Notes under the pieces: generated by a model
The model's database searches: none
What the model was told of the DNA's origin: nothing
Seen by the model: the letters and a program-made list of their open reading frames with translations, nothing else
From: Aristaeellaceae bacterium
Lineage (GTDB): Bacteria; Bacillota; Clostridia; Christensenellales; Aristaeellaceae
Assembly (NCBI GenBank): GCA_051886675.1
Contig: JBJEYH010000203.1
Location: forward strand, 183-64,182
Reading direction: 5' to 3'
DNA length: 64,000 nucleotides
Shown: in pieces, positions 1 to 9,406 of the stretch
Layout: each line of letters begins with the position of its first letter
How positions within the stretch are numbered: the first letter of the stretch is position 1
Translations under genes and position numbers: made by a program

Positions 1-2
1 CC

Positions 3-983
3 AGCGCGGCCAAGTCCTCCACACCGGCGGCGTCCGTCGGCGTGTCGCTGAAGGAGGGCATGAACGGCCCCTCCGTGCGCGCGATGCAGAAGCGCCTGAA
101 GACCCTGGGCTACTACACCGGCACGGTGGACGGCGATTTCGGCTCCGCCACCACCGCGGCGGTCAAGGCCTTCCAGACCCAGAACGGCCTGAAGGCTGAC
201 GGCATCGCCGGCACCACCACCCTGAACAAGCTCTACCTGGATACCACCGCCAACGCCAGCTCCTCCTCGGGGAGCAGCACCATCTCCTCCACCGGCTACG
301 TCACCCTGCGCGAGGGCGATACCGGCGACGCCGTGAAGAAGCTCCAGGAGCAGCTCAAGAAGCTGGGCTACTACTCCGGCTCGGTGGACGGCAAGTACGG
401 CTCGGGCACCACCCAGGCGGTCATGACCTTCCAGCAGATGTACTCCCTGCGGGTGGACGGCATTGCGGGTCCCGCGACCCAGCGCGCCCTGTTCGGCACC
501 AGCACCAGCATCACCTACGCCACCCTGCGCGAGGGCGATACCGGCAGCGCCGTGATGAACCTGCAGTACACCCTCTACGAGCTGGGCTACTACGACGCCG
601 ATGTGGACGGCGTGTACGGCGCCACCACCAAGGATGCCGTCCGTGCCTTCCAGATGCAGAACAACCTGAGCCCCGTGGACGGCATCGCCGGCAACCAGAC
701 CCTGCAGAAGCTGTATTCCTCCACGGCCATCGCCGCCGCCACCGGCACCTTCGTCTACACCACCCTGCAGGAGGGCGACAAGGGCGACCTGGTGGTGCAG
801 CTGCAGGACTGCCTGGTGCAGCTGGGCTACATGAGCGTCAGGAACGGCATCTATGATGCGACCACCGTGACGGCCGTCAGGAACTTCCAGCTCTACAACG
901 GCCTGACCGTGGACGGCGTCGCCGGCCAGGAAACCCAGGCGAAGCTCTATTCCGACGTCGCCATCGCCTATCCCGGCCCCTGA
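3..983 (+). CDS. Peptidoglycan-binding (PG_binding_1) repeat protein, C-terminal part; the 5' end lies upstream of the window
   Basis: The frame is open from base 3, so the GTG at 42 is unlikely to be the true start. Four ~65-aa repeats of the L.EGDTG.AV..LQ..L..LGYY.G.VDG.(F/Y)G..T..AV..FQ..N.L..DGIAG..T type. Stop TGA at 981-983 is followed by a terminator. Confidence 0.8.
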   Translation, partial: SAAKSSTPAASVGVSLKEGMNGPSVRAMQKRLKTLGYYTGTVDGDFGSATTAAVKAFQTQNGLKADGIAGTTTLNKLYLDTTANASSSSGSSTISSTGYVTLREGDTGDAVKKLQEQLKKLGYYSGSVDGKYGSGTTQAVMTFQQMYSLRVDGIAGPATQRALFGTSTSITYATLREGDTGSAVMNLQYTLYELGYYDADVDGVYGATTKDAVRAFQMQNNLSPVDGIAGNQTLQKLYSSTAIAAATGTFVYTTLQEGDKGDLVVQLQDCLVQLGYMSVRNGIYDATTVTAVRNFQLYNGLTVDGVAGQETQAKLYSDVAIAYPGP

Positions 984-1004
984 TGACAGGCGCGGCGCAT
1001 CCCT

Positions 1005-1033
1005 CAAAAAAGTGGCGAACAGCCACTTTTTTG
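1005..1033 (+). terminator. Rho-independent terminator
   Basis: AAAAAAGTGGC-gaaca-GCCACTTTTTT hairpin with a T-run, directly after the stop at 983. Confidence 0.8.
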
Positions 1034-1108
1034 AGTTGCCCCCCATGACGGGCTGAGCAGCCGGCCATCCCGGCAAAGCGGCAACCCACTGTCAGGAGAT
1101 GAGGACGC

Positions 1109-1843
1109 ATGAATCAGTTTTCCCGGTCGGAGCCCCTGTTCGGCGCGGAGGGCATGGCGCGGCTGCGACAGGCGCGGGTGGCGCTGTTCGGCGTGGGCGG
1201 CGTGGGCGGCTACGCGGCGGAAGCCCTGGTGCGCAGCGGCGTGGGGCATCTGACGCTGTTCGACAACGACACGGTGGCCCTGACCAACCTGAACCGGCAG
1301 ATCGCCGCGCTGCACACAACCCTTGGCCAGCCCAAGGCCGACGTCATGGCCCGGCGGCTCCGGGACGTGAACCCGGAGGCGGAGATCACCGTCCGCCAGC
1401 TGTTCTACCTGCCGGAGAACGCCGACGCCATCGACCTGACGGCCTTCGACTACGTCATCGACGCGGTGGACACCGTCGCCGCCAAGCTGGAGCTGATCAC
1501 CCGGGCGGATCGGCTGGGGGTGCCCATCATCAGCGCCATGGGCGCGGGCAACAAGCTGGATCCCACCCGGCTTGCGGTGGCGGACATCTATCAGACCCGG
1601 GAATGCCGCCTGGCCCGCGTCATCCGCAGCGAGTGCCGCAGGCGGGGCATCCGGCAGCTGCGGGTGGTGTATTCCACGGAGCCGCCGGTGGTGGTGGCCG
1701 CGGACAACGGCGAAGCCCCTGCCGCCTCCCGCCGGGCCGTGCCCGCCAGCGCGATCTTCGTCCCCGCCGCCATGGGGCTGATCCTGGCCTCGGAGGTCGT
1801 CCGGGCCATCGCGGCCCCCGCCGGGACGGCCGAAGGCAGGTGA
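1109..1843 (+). CDS. tcdA: tRNA threonylcarbamoyladenosine dehydratase (ThiF/MoeB-type E1-like, TcdA/CsdL family)
   Basis: N-terminal F(S)R...L.G..G...L....V.LFGVGGVGGY..E.L.RSGVG.LTL.D.D.V..TNLNRQ motif typical of TcdA. AGGAG ribosome-binding site upstream. 244 aa. Confidence 0.85.
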   Translation: MNQFSRSEPLFGAEGMARLRQARVALFGVGGVGGYAAEALVRSGVGHLTLFDNDTVALTNLNRQIAALHTTLGQPKADVMARRLRDVNPEAEITVRQLFYLPENADAIDLTAFDYVIDAVDTVAAKLELITRADRLGVPIISAMGAGNKLDPTRLAVADIYQTRECRLARVIRSECRRRGIRQLRVVYSTEPPVVVAADNGEAPAASRRAVPASAIFVPAAMGLILASEVVRAIAAPAGTAEGR

Positions 1844-1848
1844 GCGGC

Positions 1849-2466
1849 ATGCCCCACAGACACGTTAGGCGGCCGATCCTGCTGTCGGCAGCTGTTCTCC
1901 TGTGCCTCGTGCCCCTCGTCCTTTTGTGGCGCACCGGCTTTTTTCAACGGCAGTTCGGCTTCGCGGGCTTTCAGGCGCGAATCGCCGTGTTTCTCCATGA
2001 CGGCGAGCGCGTGCTGATGCCCGACGAGTACACGCTGTCCGCCCGCTTCTGCGACGAAGACATCCCCGTATCCCCCATCGCGGACGGCTATGCCGTGGAC
2101 GGCGGCGAATACGGCGTCTACAGCTTCACGCTGGGCTGCGGGGGACGCACCGCATCCTTCGGGCTGTGGAACACCAACAACTGGTGGCGAACCTCGGTGA
2201 TCCTGCGCTTGTCCCAGGACGGCAGCGGCATCGAGCAGGTGAACTGCGTCATGAACAACAATCCGCCTTTCATCGAGACCTTCTTCATCCCGTGGACGCA
2301 GCCGGAATGCGAGCCTGACGCGCCATCCGCCGCGCAGCCGTCCGCGCAAAAAAATCCTCCGTATGACCGCCGCCATACGGAGGATTGCTGTCTGTGCGTC
2401 ATGCGTCCGGGGCCTGATCCGCCTGGGGCGGCTGAACCTTGCCGTCCAGCACGTCCTGCAGGGTGA
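1849..2466 (+). CDS. Hypothetical membrane-anchored protein
   Basis: ATG at 1849 lies 5 nt after the tcdA stop, with AGGTGA upstream. N-terminal hydrophobic segment (ILLSAAVLLCLVPLVLLW). No family recognised. The last ~40 codons run through the Rrf2 terminator hairpin and overlap the Rrf2 3' end, so the true 3' end is uncertain. Confidence 0.5.
   Translation: MPHRHVRRPILLSAAVLLCLVPLVLLWRTGFFQRQFGFAGFQARIAVFLHDGERVLMPDEYTLSARFCDEDIPVSPIADGYAVDGGEYGVYSFTLGCGGRTASFGLWNTNNWWRTSVILRLSQDGSGIEQVNCVMNNNPPFIETFFIPWTQPECEPDAPSAAQPSAQKNPPYDRRHTEDCCLCVMRPGPDPPGAAEPCRPARPAG
2348..2386 (-). terminator. Rho-independent terminator of the Rrf2 gene (read on the minus strand)
   Basis: AATCCTCCGTATG-N8-CATACGGAGGATT perfect 13-bp stem. 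The A7 tract on the plus side gives a T-run on the minus strand, 13 nt past the Rrf2 stop. Confidence 0.8.
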
Positions 2467-2842
2467 TGCCCTGCAGATACCCGGTGATCACCGCGTCCAG
2501 GCCCTCCCACAGGGGCAGGGTGAGACACGCGTGCCGTCTGTTGCACATGGCTCCGCCCTGATCCAGGCATGCCACCGGCGCCAGGGAACCCTCCATGGCC
2601 CGGAGGATCTCCAGCACGGTGTAGTCCGCCGGCGACCCCACCAGCCGATAGCCCCCCTGATGGCCCCGCACCCCATGCAGAATCCCCGCCTGACCCAGCA
2701 CCAGCGCGATCTGCTCCAGGTACTTCTTGGAGATGCCCTGCCGCTGGGCAATATCCTTCAGCGTCACATAGCCCTCCTGCTGATGCTGCGCCATATCCAG
2801 CAGCATCCGGAGCGCGTAGCGCCCCTTGGTGGAAATCTTCAT
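2399..2842 (-). CDS. Rrf2 family transcriptional regulator (IscR/CymR-like)
   Basis: MKISTKGRYALRMLLDMA...VTLKDIA.RQ.IS.KYLEQI winged-helix signature of Rrf2. ATG at 2842 with GGAGGA 9 nt upstream. The longer track ORF (to 2974) has no ribosome-binding site. Confidence 0.85.
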   Translation of the reverse strand: MKISTKGRYALRMLLDMAQHQQEGYVTLKDIAQRQGISKKYLEQIALVLGQAGILHGVRGHQGGYRLVGSPADYTVLEILRAMEGSLAPVACLDQGGAMCNRRHACLTLPLWEGLDAVITGYLQGITLQDVLDGKVQPPQADQAPDA

Positions 2843-2985
2843 GCTTTTCTTCCTCCGTTGGTAGCTTAAGCCTATCATAGCATGATCGGGCATGAAATTC
2901 AACCTTTCCGGCCCAGGATCCGGGAAATGCGGGGCGGGTTTTCGGCGGCGGAAACGATTGCATTCCCCGGGCATGCAGGGAGTGC

Positions 2986-3014
2986 TTGCGAAGAAACGTT
3001 AATTGATGTACAAT
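2986..3014 (+). promoter_or_regulatory. Putative sigma-A promoter (TTGCGA-17 nt-TACAAT)
   Basis: -35 at 2986-2991, 17-nt spacer, -10 at 3009-3014, 25 nt before the ATG at 3039. Confidence 0.5.
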
Positions 3015-3038
3015 AGTTCTTCCCGGAGGTAGATCATC

Positions 3039-4199
3039 ATGAAGCAGAGATTCCTGTCCCTCCTCCTGATGCTGAGCCTGATGCTTGCGCCCGCCGCCCT
3101 GGCGGAGCAGCCCGGCCCCGCCCTTGTCGAGGGCGGCCTGACCCTTGCGGACAGCAGCGTATCCTATCCCCAGCTGACCGGCATGGCCGACGAAGCCCTG
3201 CAGCAGCAGCTGAACGACCGCATCCTGGAAGCGGGCGATATCGAGAACCGCCTGACCCGGCTGGCCCTGCTGATGCAGAGTCCTGTCAGCCTGCAGGTCA
3301 GCTACCAGGCGGCGCTGGCGGGCGACGTGCTGTCGTGCGTGTATTCGGCGCTGGGCGCGGTGACCGATGAGCGCGCCACCCACGTCTGGTCCGCCATCAA
3401 CGTGGATCTGACCGATGGCAGCGACGTGACCTTCGACCGCCTGTTCACCGACGAGGAGAGCCTCCTGCGGGATCTGGAGGAATACCTGGACTACGGCGTC
3501 GGGCCGGAGCTGTCCGCGCATCTGAGCAACAGCGAGCTGACCCCTGTGCCGGAGGTCTTCGGCCTGACGGCAACGGGGCTGACGCTGTACTATCCCATCG
3601 AGAAGCTGTCCACCCTGTCGGACCGGGCGGGCGCGGTGACCATCCTGTGGTACGAGCTGCGGGAGCATCTGCGCCTGGAGGACGACGACGTGCTGACCCG
3701 CATCGGCGCGCGGGACATGCTCATCGCCGCGCCGGACAGCGGGGCGAAGATCCGCGCCGCCCTGGAGGCCGGGACGATTCCCGGCATACCGGTGACCCTG
3801 GGCGGCTCCGTGCAGGAGGCCACCGACACCTACCGCATGCTCACCGATCCCGACCTTTATCAGGACGGGCGGATGTTCGCGCTGGAGGACGCAGCCTTCC
3901 GGCAGGTGTGGCTGCTGACCGACGCCCTCACCGAGAAGACCTGGGACAAGAGCGTCATCAAGGGTCTGCGGGCGGATCGCTTCAACCTGTGGGGGCTGTA
4001 CCCTGGCGTGACCCGGCAGGAGGCGGAAGCCATCCTGGGTCAGCCGGACACCGTGCTCGCCCTGGACGCCGACATGGCCGACGCCTACCGTCTCGTCCCC
4101 GGCGACAGCTGCTACTACAACTACGACGGCGTTCAGCTGCGCCTCTGCTATGACGCGGAGGGGCTGCTGACCAGCCTGATCATCACGCAGGCCGAATGA
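3039..4199 (+). CDS. Secreted DUF4163/DUF3298-like (RsiV-ectodomain-like) protein
   Basis: Signal peptide MKQRFLSLLLMLSLMLAPAALA. YPQL.G.....LQQQLNDRI and GL.LYYP..... segments resemble the DUF4163/DUF3298 pair. GGAGG ribosome-binding site. Confidence 0.55.
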   Translation: MKQRFLSLLLMLSLMLAPAALAEQPGPALVEGGLTLADSSVSYPQLTGMADEALQQQLNDRILEAGDIENRLTRLALLMQSPVSLQVSYQAALAGDVLSCVYSALGAVTDERATHVWSAINVDLTDGSDVTFDRLFTDEESLLRDLEEYLDYGVGPELSAHLSNSELTPVPEVFGLTATGLTLYYPIEKLSTLSDRAGAVTILWYELREHLRLEDDDVLTRIGARDMLIAAPDSGAKIRAALEAGTIPGIPVTLGGSVQEATDTYRMLTDPDLYQDGRMFALEDAAFRQVWLLTDALTEKTWDKSVIKGLRADRFNLWGLYPGVTRQEAEAILGQPDTVLALDADMADAYRLVPGDSCYYNYDGVQLRLCYDAEGLLTSLIITQAE

Positions 4200-4226
4200 C
4201 GCCTGCCATCCAAAAGGAGGATCAGC

Positions 4227-7200
4227 ATGGCTGCACAGAAATCGAAATCCAGGAAGCCCAAGCGCGCGCCCGCCTATTCCGCGGATGCCATGGCGCTGCA
4301 CCTGGTGGGCGGCCTGCTGCTGATCGCTCTGGGGGTGCTGATCTTCCTGTCGGTGGTGACGGGCATTTCCGGCGACGTGTTCGCCGGCATGCGCCAGGTC
4401 TGCCACGGCCTGGCGGGAAGTCTGGCGTTCCTGCTGCCGGTGCTGCCCATCTGGGGCGGCGTGCTGGTGCTGCTGGCGGCCTACCGCAAGGCCCCGCTGC
4501 GCGCCTTCCTGCTGGCGACGGCGCTGTACTTCCTGCTGCTGGCCGCGGTGAATCTGATTTCCACCTCCGGCTCCCCCGCCGTGCCGCTGATGCGCTACTT
4601 CTACAACCAGAACCTGTCCCGCGGGCAGAGCCCGACGGGCTTCGAAGCCTACCTGGCCCGCAGCTATGAGCTGGGCTGCAGCCGGAAGGCCGGCGGCGGC
4701 GCGCTGGGCATGCTGCTGGCGTGGCCGCTGTACCAGCTGCTGGGCAATGCCGTGCTGGGCGGCGTGCTGTGCATTCTGGGCGCGGTGGTGGACTTCCTGT
4801 TCCTGATCCGCCTGGACGTGAAGGGCATCCTGGCCAGGATCCGCAGCCAAGTGGACGCGCGGCAGCAGCGGCAGCAGCGGGAGCAGGAGCAGCTGCGCCA
4901 GCAGGAGCTTCGCTGGCAGCAGCAGGTGGCCGAACGCAGCTATCTGCCCCCGCAGGGCGAATGGCAGCCGCCCGTCCAGGAGTATCCGCCCCAGCAGCCC
5001 GTGCAGGAATACCCGCCCCAGCAGCCCTACCCGCAGGAGGCCTTCTATCCGCCGCAGCCCCAGCCCCGTCAGCCGGTGCAGTCGGACAGGCGGCAGACCG
5101 CGGGCTTCCAGCCCGTGGCGGAGGAGCAGTATCAGCCCGTGCGGCCGCAGCCGGCCCAGCCCCAGCCCCCGGAGAAGCCCCGCAAGTCCTGGATCTTCTC
5201 CCGCCGGGACGAGCCCCAGGAGGAAGCGCCGTCTTCGCCGAAGCCCCGCAAATCCTGGATTTTCGCCCGTCATGAGGACGAGGAGCCGCAGCCGGAGCCC
5301 TATCAGCCGCCGCAGCCGGGGCACATCTTCCCCCGGAAGCAGCCTGCGGATCCCCAGCCCGTCAGCGATCCCGGCCCCGACATGGAGCCTGTGCCCGTGA
5401 CGGACGTTCCCGCGCCGGCGGAGGATCCGGCCCCCGCGCCCCGGGAGGAGCTGTACCGGCGGCCTGTCCAGCCGGATCCCGTCAGCCACCGGGACGAGAA
5501 CCTGTGGGCGGACGATACCGCCTCCCACCGCAAGGCCTCCTGGCGCAGCGATGAGGACGACGTCCCCTCCGCGCCCCGGCCCCGCAAGCCCTCCGACGCG
5601 CCCCGTCAGCCCACGGGCCCCATGCGCCCTGTCCCTGCCGGGCATCCCGCCGCGCAGGCGTCCGACGCGCCCCGTCAGCCCACGGGCCCCATCCGTACCA
5701 TCCCCGCCGAGCGTCCCGCCGCCGCGCAGGCCCCGGCGAATCCGCCCCGCAAGCAGCAGCCCCTGCCCTCCTGGTCGGAGACTCCGCCCTGGGAGGATGC
5801 GCCCCAGCCCTCCGCCCAGCCGGTGAAATCCCCGCGCCTGCAGCAGGAGCCGCCCCGGGACGCCTGGCAGCCGGAGCTGAAGCTCCCGCCCCGCAAGGCT
5901 CAGCCGGAGGGCCAGCAGGTGGAAATGGAGCTGCCCCCGCCCTACGTCTATCCCGGGATGGATCTGCTCAAGGCCCCCGAGCCCCAGGCGGGCATCAGCC
6001 CCGAGGAGGACGCCATGCGCTCCCAGCGGCTGGAGGAAACGCTCCAGTCCTTCAAGGTGCCGGCCAAGGTGCGCCACGTGACCCACGGCCCGGCCATCTC
6101 CCGGTTTGAGCTGGAGCTGGCGGCGGGCATCAAGGTCACCAAGGTCACCGACCTGGGCAAGAACATCGCCATGAACATGGAGGTCAAGTCCGTGCGCATC
6201 GAGGCGCCCATCCCCGGCAAGGCGCTGGTGGGCGTGGAGGTGCCCAACCGCAAGGTGTCCACCGTGACGCTGAGGGAGGTGCTGGGCTCCCAGCCCATGG
6301 CCGAGGCCAAGTCCACCCTGGCCGTGGCCCTGGGCAAGGACATCGCCGGCACGCCCATCATCTGCGACCTGGCCCGCATGCCCCATCTGCTCATCGCGGG
6401 CGCGACGGGATCGGGCAAATCGGTGTGCATCAACACCATGATCAACAGCCTGCTCTTCCGCTGCTCGCCCCAGGAGGTGCGGCTGATCCTCATCGACCCC
6501 AAGGTGGTGGAGCTGCAGTGCTACAACGGCATCCCCCATCTGCTGATCCCCGTGGTGTCCGATCCCCACAAGGCCTCCGGCGCGCTGGCCTGGGCCGTGG
6601 CGGAAATGATGGACCGCTACAAGAAGTTCGAGCGCAAGGGCGTGCGCGCCATTGACGGCTACAACGCCAAGCTGGAGGACGGCGAGGAATTCATGCCCCG
6701 CATCGTCATCATCATCGACGAGCTGGCCGACCTGATGATGACCTGCAAGCGCGAGGTGGAGGATCACATCTGCCGCCTGGCCCAGCTGGCCCGCGCCGCG
6801 GGCATCCACCTGGTGGTGGCCACCCAGCGCCCCTCCGTGGACGTGATCACCGGCCTGATCAAGGCCAACATCCCCAGCCGCATCGCCTTCAAGGTGTCCA
6901 GCTTCATCGACAGCCGCACCATCCTGGACCGCCAGGGCGCGGAGCAGCTGCTGGGCTGGGGCGATATGCTCTACATGCCCACGGGCGAATTCACGCCCAT
7001 CCGCGTGCAGGGCTGCTTCATGAGCGATAACGAGGTCAACCGCGTCACCGACTTCATCCGCCAGCACAGCGAGGCCGAGTACGATCCCAACATCCTCGAG
7101 CAGCTGGATCAGCTGGAGCGCGAAGCCAATCCCCCCTCCGCCGACACCGCCGACGCCACCGACAACGTCAGCGGCGACGCGTCCCTGCTGGCCCAGTGCA

Positions 7201-7406
7201 TCGAGATGGCCGTCAACGACGGGCAGGTATCCACCAGCCTTCTGCAGCGGCGGCTGAAGGTGGGCTACGCCCGGGCGGGCCGCCTGGTGGACGAGATGGA
7301 AAAGCGGGGCATCGTCTCCGCCAAGGACGGCTCCAAGCCCCGGATGTGCCTGATCTCCCGGGAGGAGTTCGAGGCCATGCGGGACTCCGGCGAGCTGGAC
7401 GAATAA
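4227..7406 (+). CDS. ftsK: DNA translocase FtsK/SpoIIIE
   Basis: N-terminal TM helices, a ~350-aa P/Q-rich linker, a motor domain with Walker A (GATGSGKSV) and IIIDELADLMM, and a C-terminal gamma winged helix (LLQRRLKVGYARAGRLVDEME). AAAAGGAGG ribosome-binding site. Confidence 0.95.
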   Translation: MAAQKSKSRKPKRAPAYSADAMALHLVGGLLLIALGVLIFLSVVTGISGDVFAGMRQVCHGLAGSLAFLLPVLPIWGGVLVLLAAYRKAPLRAFLLATALYFLLLAAVNLISTSGSPAVPLMRYFYNQNLSRGQSPTGFEAYLARSYELGCSRKAGGGALGMLLAWPLYQLLGNAVLGGVLCILGAVVDFLFLIRLDVKGILARIRSQVDARQQRQQREQEQLRQQELRWQQQVAERSYLPPQGEWQPPVQEYPPQQPVQEYPPQQPYPQEAFYPPQPQPRQPVQSDRRQTAGFQPVAEEQYQPVRPQPAQPQPPEKPRKSWIFSRRDEPQEEAPSSPKPRKSWIFARHEDEEPQPEPYQPPQPGHIFPRKQPADPQPVSDPGPDMEPVPVTDVPAPAEDPAPAPREELYRRPVQPDPVSHRDENLWADDTASHRKASWRSDEDDVPSAPRPRKPSDAPRQPTGPMRPVPAGHPAAQASDAPRQPTGPIRTIPAERPAAAQAPANPPRKQQPLPSWSETPPWEDAPQPSAQPVKSPRLQQEPPRDAWQPELKLPPRKAQPEGQQVEMELPPPYVYPGMDLLKAPEPQAGISPEEDAMRSQRLEETLQSFKVPAKVRHVTHGPAISRFELELAAGIKVTKVTDLGKNIAMNMEVKSVRIEAPIPGKALVGVEVPNRKVSTVTLREVLGSQPMAEAKSTLAVALGKDIAGTPIICDLARMPHLLIAGATGSGKSVCINTMINSLLFRCSPQEVRLILIDPKVVELQCYNGIPHLLIPVVSDPHKASGALAWAVAEMMDRYKKFERKGVRAIDGYNAKLEDGEEFMPRIVIIIDELADLMMTCKREVEDHICRLAQLARAAGIHLVVATQRPSVDVITGLIKANIPSRIAFKVSSFIDSRTILDRQGAEQLLGWGDMLYMPTGEFTPIRVQGCFMSDNEVNRVTDFIRQHSEAEYDPNILEQLDQLEREANPPSADTADATDNVSGDASLLAQCIEMAVNDGQVSTSLLQRRLKVGYARAGRLVDEMEKRGIVSAKDGSKPRMCLISREEFEAMRDSGELDE

Positions 7407-7422
7407 CCCGGGAGGGACAACC

Positions 7423-8565
7423 ATGCCCAACATGATGGATTACCTGACCTGGCGGGGGGATCTGCCCATGACCGCGGCGCCCTTCACGCCGGTGGACGGG
7501 CTGATTCTGGCCAGCATGTCCTACAACGATCTGGGGCCCCGCGCGGAAGGCGGCGAAGGCATGCTCCTTCAGGAGCTGGCGCCCCTGCTGCCCCTGAGGG
7601 AGCAGACCGGGAACCAGTACTTCGTCCAGTGGCGGGATCTGCTCTACGCCATGGCGGACACGGCGCGCTTCGGCCCCATCCGCCTGCACGATTATGTGAA
7701 CCTGGTGGACGATGCCCGGAACATCCAGTTCTCCGCCGTCACCGCCGAGCTGCCCGACGGCCGGTCATGCGTGTGCTTCCGCGGTACGGACAGCACCCTG
7801 GTGGGCTGGCGGGAGGACTTCACCATGGCCTTCGAAAGCCCCGTCCCCGCCCAGATGGAGGCGCTGACCTACCTGGAGCGGACGGCCCTGCTCCATACGG
7901 GCGAGCTGCTGGTGGTAGGCCACAGCAAGGGCGGCAACCTGGCCTCCTACGCCGCCGCCCACGCCGCGCCCGCCACCCAGGCGCGGATCCGCGGCATATA
8001 CAGCTTCGACGGCCCCGGCCTGGACGACGCCACCCTGGAAAGCGAGGGCTACGGCCGCATCCGGGAGGCGCTGCACTCCATCATCCCGCAGTCGTCGGTG
8101 GTGGGGCTGCTGCTGGCGCATCATCCCAATTATACGGTGGTGCGCTCCACCGCGCTGAGCCTTCTGCAGCACGACGCCTTCACCTGGCAGCTGACGGGTC
8201 CCCGCTTCGAGGAGCTGGGCGACGTGGACGCCGGCAGTCAGCTGATGGACGAAACCCTGCACGAATGGCTCTGCCAGGCGCCGCCGGAGCAGCGGAAGGT
8301 CTTTGTGGACACGCTGTTCACCCTGCTGGAATCCACCGGCGCCGCCACCCTGAACGACCTGTCCGCCGACAGGCTCCACAGCGCGCAGGCCATCCTCTCC
8401 GCCACCCGGGAGGTGGAGGCGGAAACCGGCCGGATGATCGCCCGGCTGATCAGCAGCTTTGTATCCATCGGCATGGGCAACCTGCTGGACGCCGCCACCC
8501 GCAAGCCCCGTCAGTATCTGGAGCAGGCGCTGCATCATCATGAGGACACCCCACAGGAGGAATGA
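7423..8565 (+). CDS. Mbeg1-like / DUF2974 alpha-beta hydrolase-fold protein
   Basis: N-terminal MDYL.WRGDL and the nucleophile-elbow-like GHSKGGNLA motif characteristic of DUF2974. Confidence 0.7.
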   Translation: MPNMMDYLTWRGDLPMTAAPFTPVDGLILASMSYNDLGPRAEGGEGMLLQELAPLLPLREQTGNQYFVQWRDLLYAMADTARFGPIRLHDYVNLVDDARNIQFSAVTAELPDGRSCVCFRGTDSTLVGWREDFTMAFESPVPAQMEALTYLERTALLHTGELLVVGHSKGGNLASYAAAHAAPATQARIRGIYSFDGPGLDDATLESEGYGRIREALHSIIPQSSVVGLLLAHHPNYTVVRSTALSLLQHDAFTWQLTGPRFEELGDVDAGSQLMDETLHEWLCQAPPEQRKVFVDTLFTLLESTGAATLNDLSADRLHSAQAILSATREVEAETGRMIARLISSFVSIGMGNLLDAATRKPRQYLEQALHHHEDTPQEE

Positions 8566-8568
8566 AGC

Positions 8569-9120
8569 ATGGACGAAGCATTGCGGAATGAGATTCGCCT
8601 GACGCTGCGTCAGGCCGTGGACGCGCTGGCCGAGGCCGGGAACATCCAGCCGGGCGGGCTGATTGTGCTGGGCTGCTCCACCAGCGAGGTGGCGGGGGCA
8701 CGCATCGGCAAGGGCAGCGTGCCGGAGCTGGGCGAGGTCATCGCCCGGGCGATGCTGGAGGCCTGTCGGGCGAACGGGCTGGACGCGGCCTTCCAGTGCT
8801 GCGAGCATCTGAACCGGGCCGTGGTCATGGAGCAGCGGGTGCTGCGGGAGCTGCGCCTGACCCAGGTGCGGGCCATCCCCCAGCCCAAAGCCGGTGGCAG
8901 CGTGCCCGCCGCGGCGTGGAAGCTGCTGGATCAGCCGGCCCTGGCCATGGCCGTGCAGGCCGACGCGGCCATTGACATCGGCGACACGCTGGTGGGCATG
9001 CACATCCGCCCGGTGGCGGTGCCCCTGCGCCTGGACGTGAACCATGTGGGCCACGCCAACCTGGTCATGGCCTACAGCCGCCTGCCCTACATCGGCGGCA
9101 GCAGGGCTGTGTACGAATAA
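8569..9120 (+). CDS. TIGR01440 (UPF0340, YwlG-like) family protein
   Basis: 183 aa; LGCSTSEV.G..IG.....LG and CCEHLNRA blocks typical of the family. Starts 4 nt after the preceding stop. Confidence 0.7.
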   Translation: MDEALRNEIRLTLRQAVDALAEAGNIQPGGLIVLGCSTSEVAGARIGKGSVPELGEVIARAMLEACRANGLDAAFQCCEHLNRAVVMEQRVLRELRLTQVRAIPQPKAGGSVPAAAWKLLDQPALAMAVQADAAIDIGDTLVGMHIRPVAVPLRLDVNHVGHANLVMAYSRLPYIGGSRAVYE

Positions 9121-9132
9121 GCTGCACATTGC

Positions 9133-9172
9133 GCGGCTCCCCGGCGGCATCATGACCGGGGAGCCGCTTTTT
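9133..9172 (+). terminator. Rho-independent terminator
   Basis: GCGGCTCCCCGG-N11-CCGGGGAGCCGC perfect 12-bp stem followed by TTTTT. Confidence 0.85.
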
Positions 9173-9406
9173 CGTGCCGGCGGACGATCGCCCCGCCGAT
9201 CCCCTTCGCCCCTGCGGTGTTCCCTGTCTGCCGCCTTGCATGTCGCCGGAATCCGCCTGCCCAACCATACCGCCCAAGGCCCTTCACCGCCTGTCCGGAT
9301 GATCCCGCCCCCCGTCCCTCCCCTGCGAAAAATGCCGCAACCGGGCGAAATTGGTCTATGCGCCGGGCGGAATCTGTTGTACAATAGAGGAAAAGGAGGC
9401 CCTGCC

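Noticed and set aside
1099-2466. 455-aa plus-strand ORF spanning tcdA and the following gene.
   Set aside because: Its first 250 codons are an Arg/Gly/Pro-rich alternate frame of tcdA. Only the part from the ATG at 1849 has its own ribosome-binding site and a plausible membrane anchor.
2118-7433. 1771-aa minus-strand ORF antisense to ftsK. Similar giant antisense or alternate-frame ORFs occur at 23081-25861, 44194-47427, 47492-50299, 54864-57161, 57730-60165, 12931-15876, 33332-35380 and 34665-36746.
   Set aside because: They lie opposite genes with unambiguous family motifs. Their translations are low-complexity and rich in G, A, R, P, H and Q, with no recognisable domains and no ribosome-binding site. 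Stop codons are rare in any frame at this GC content.
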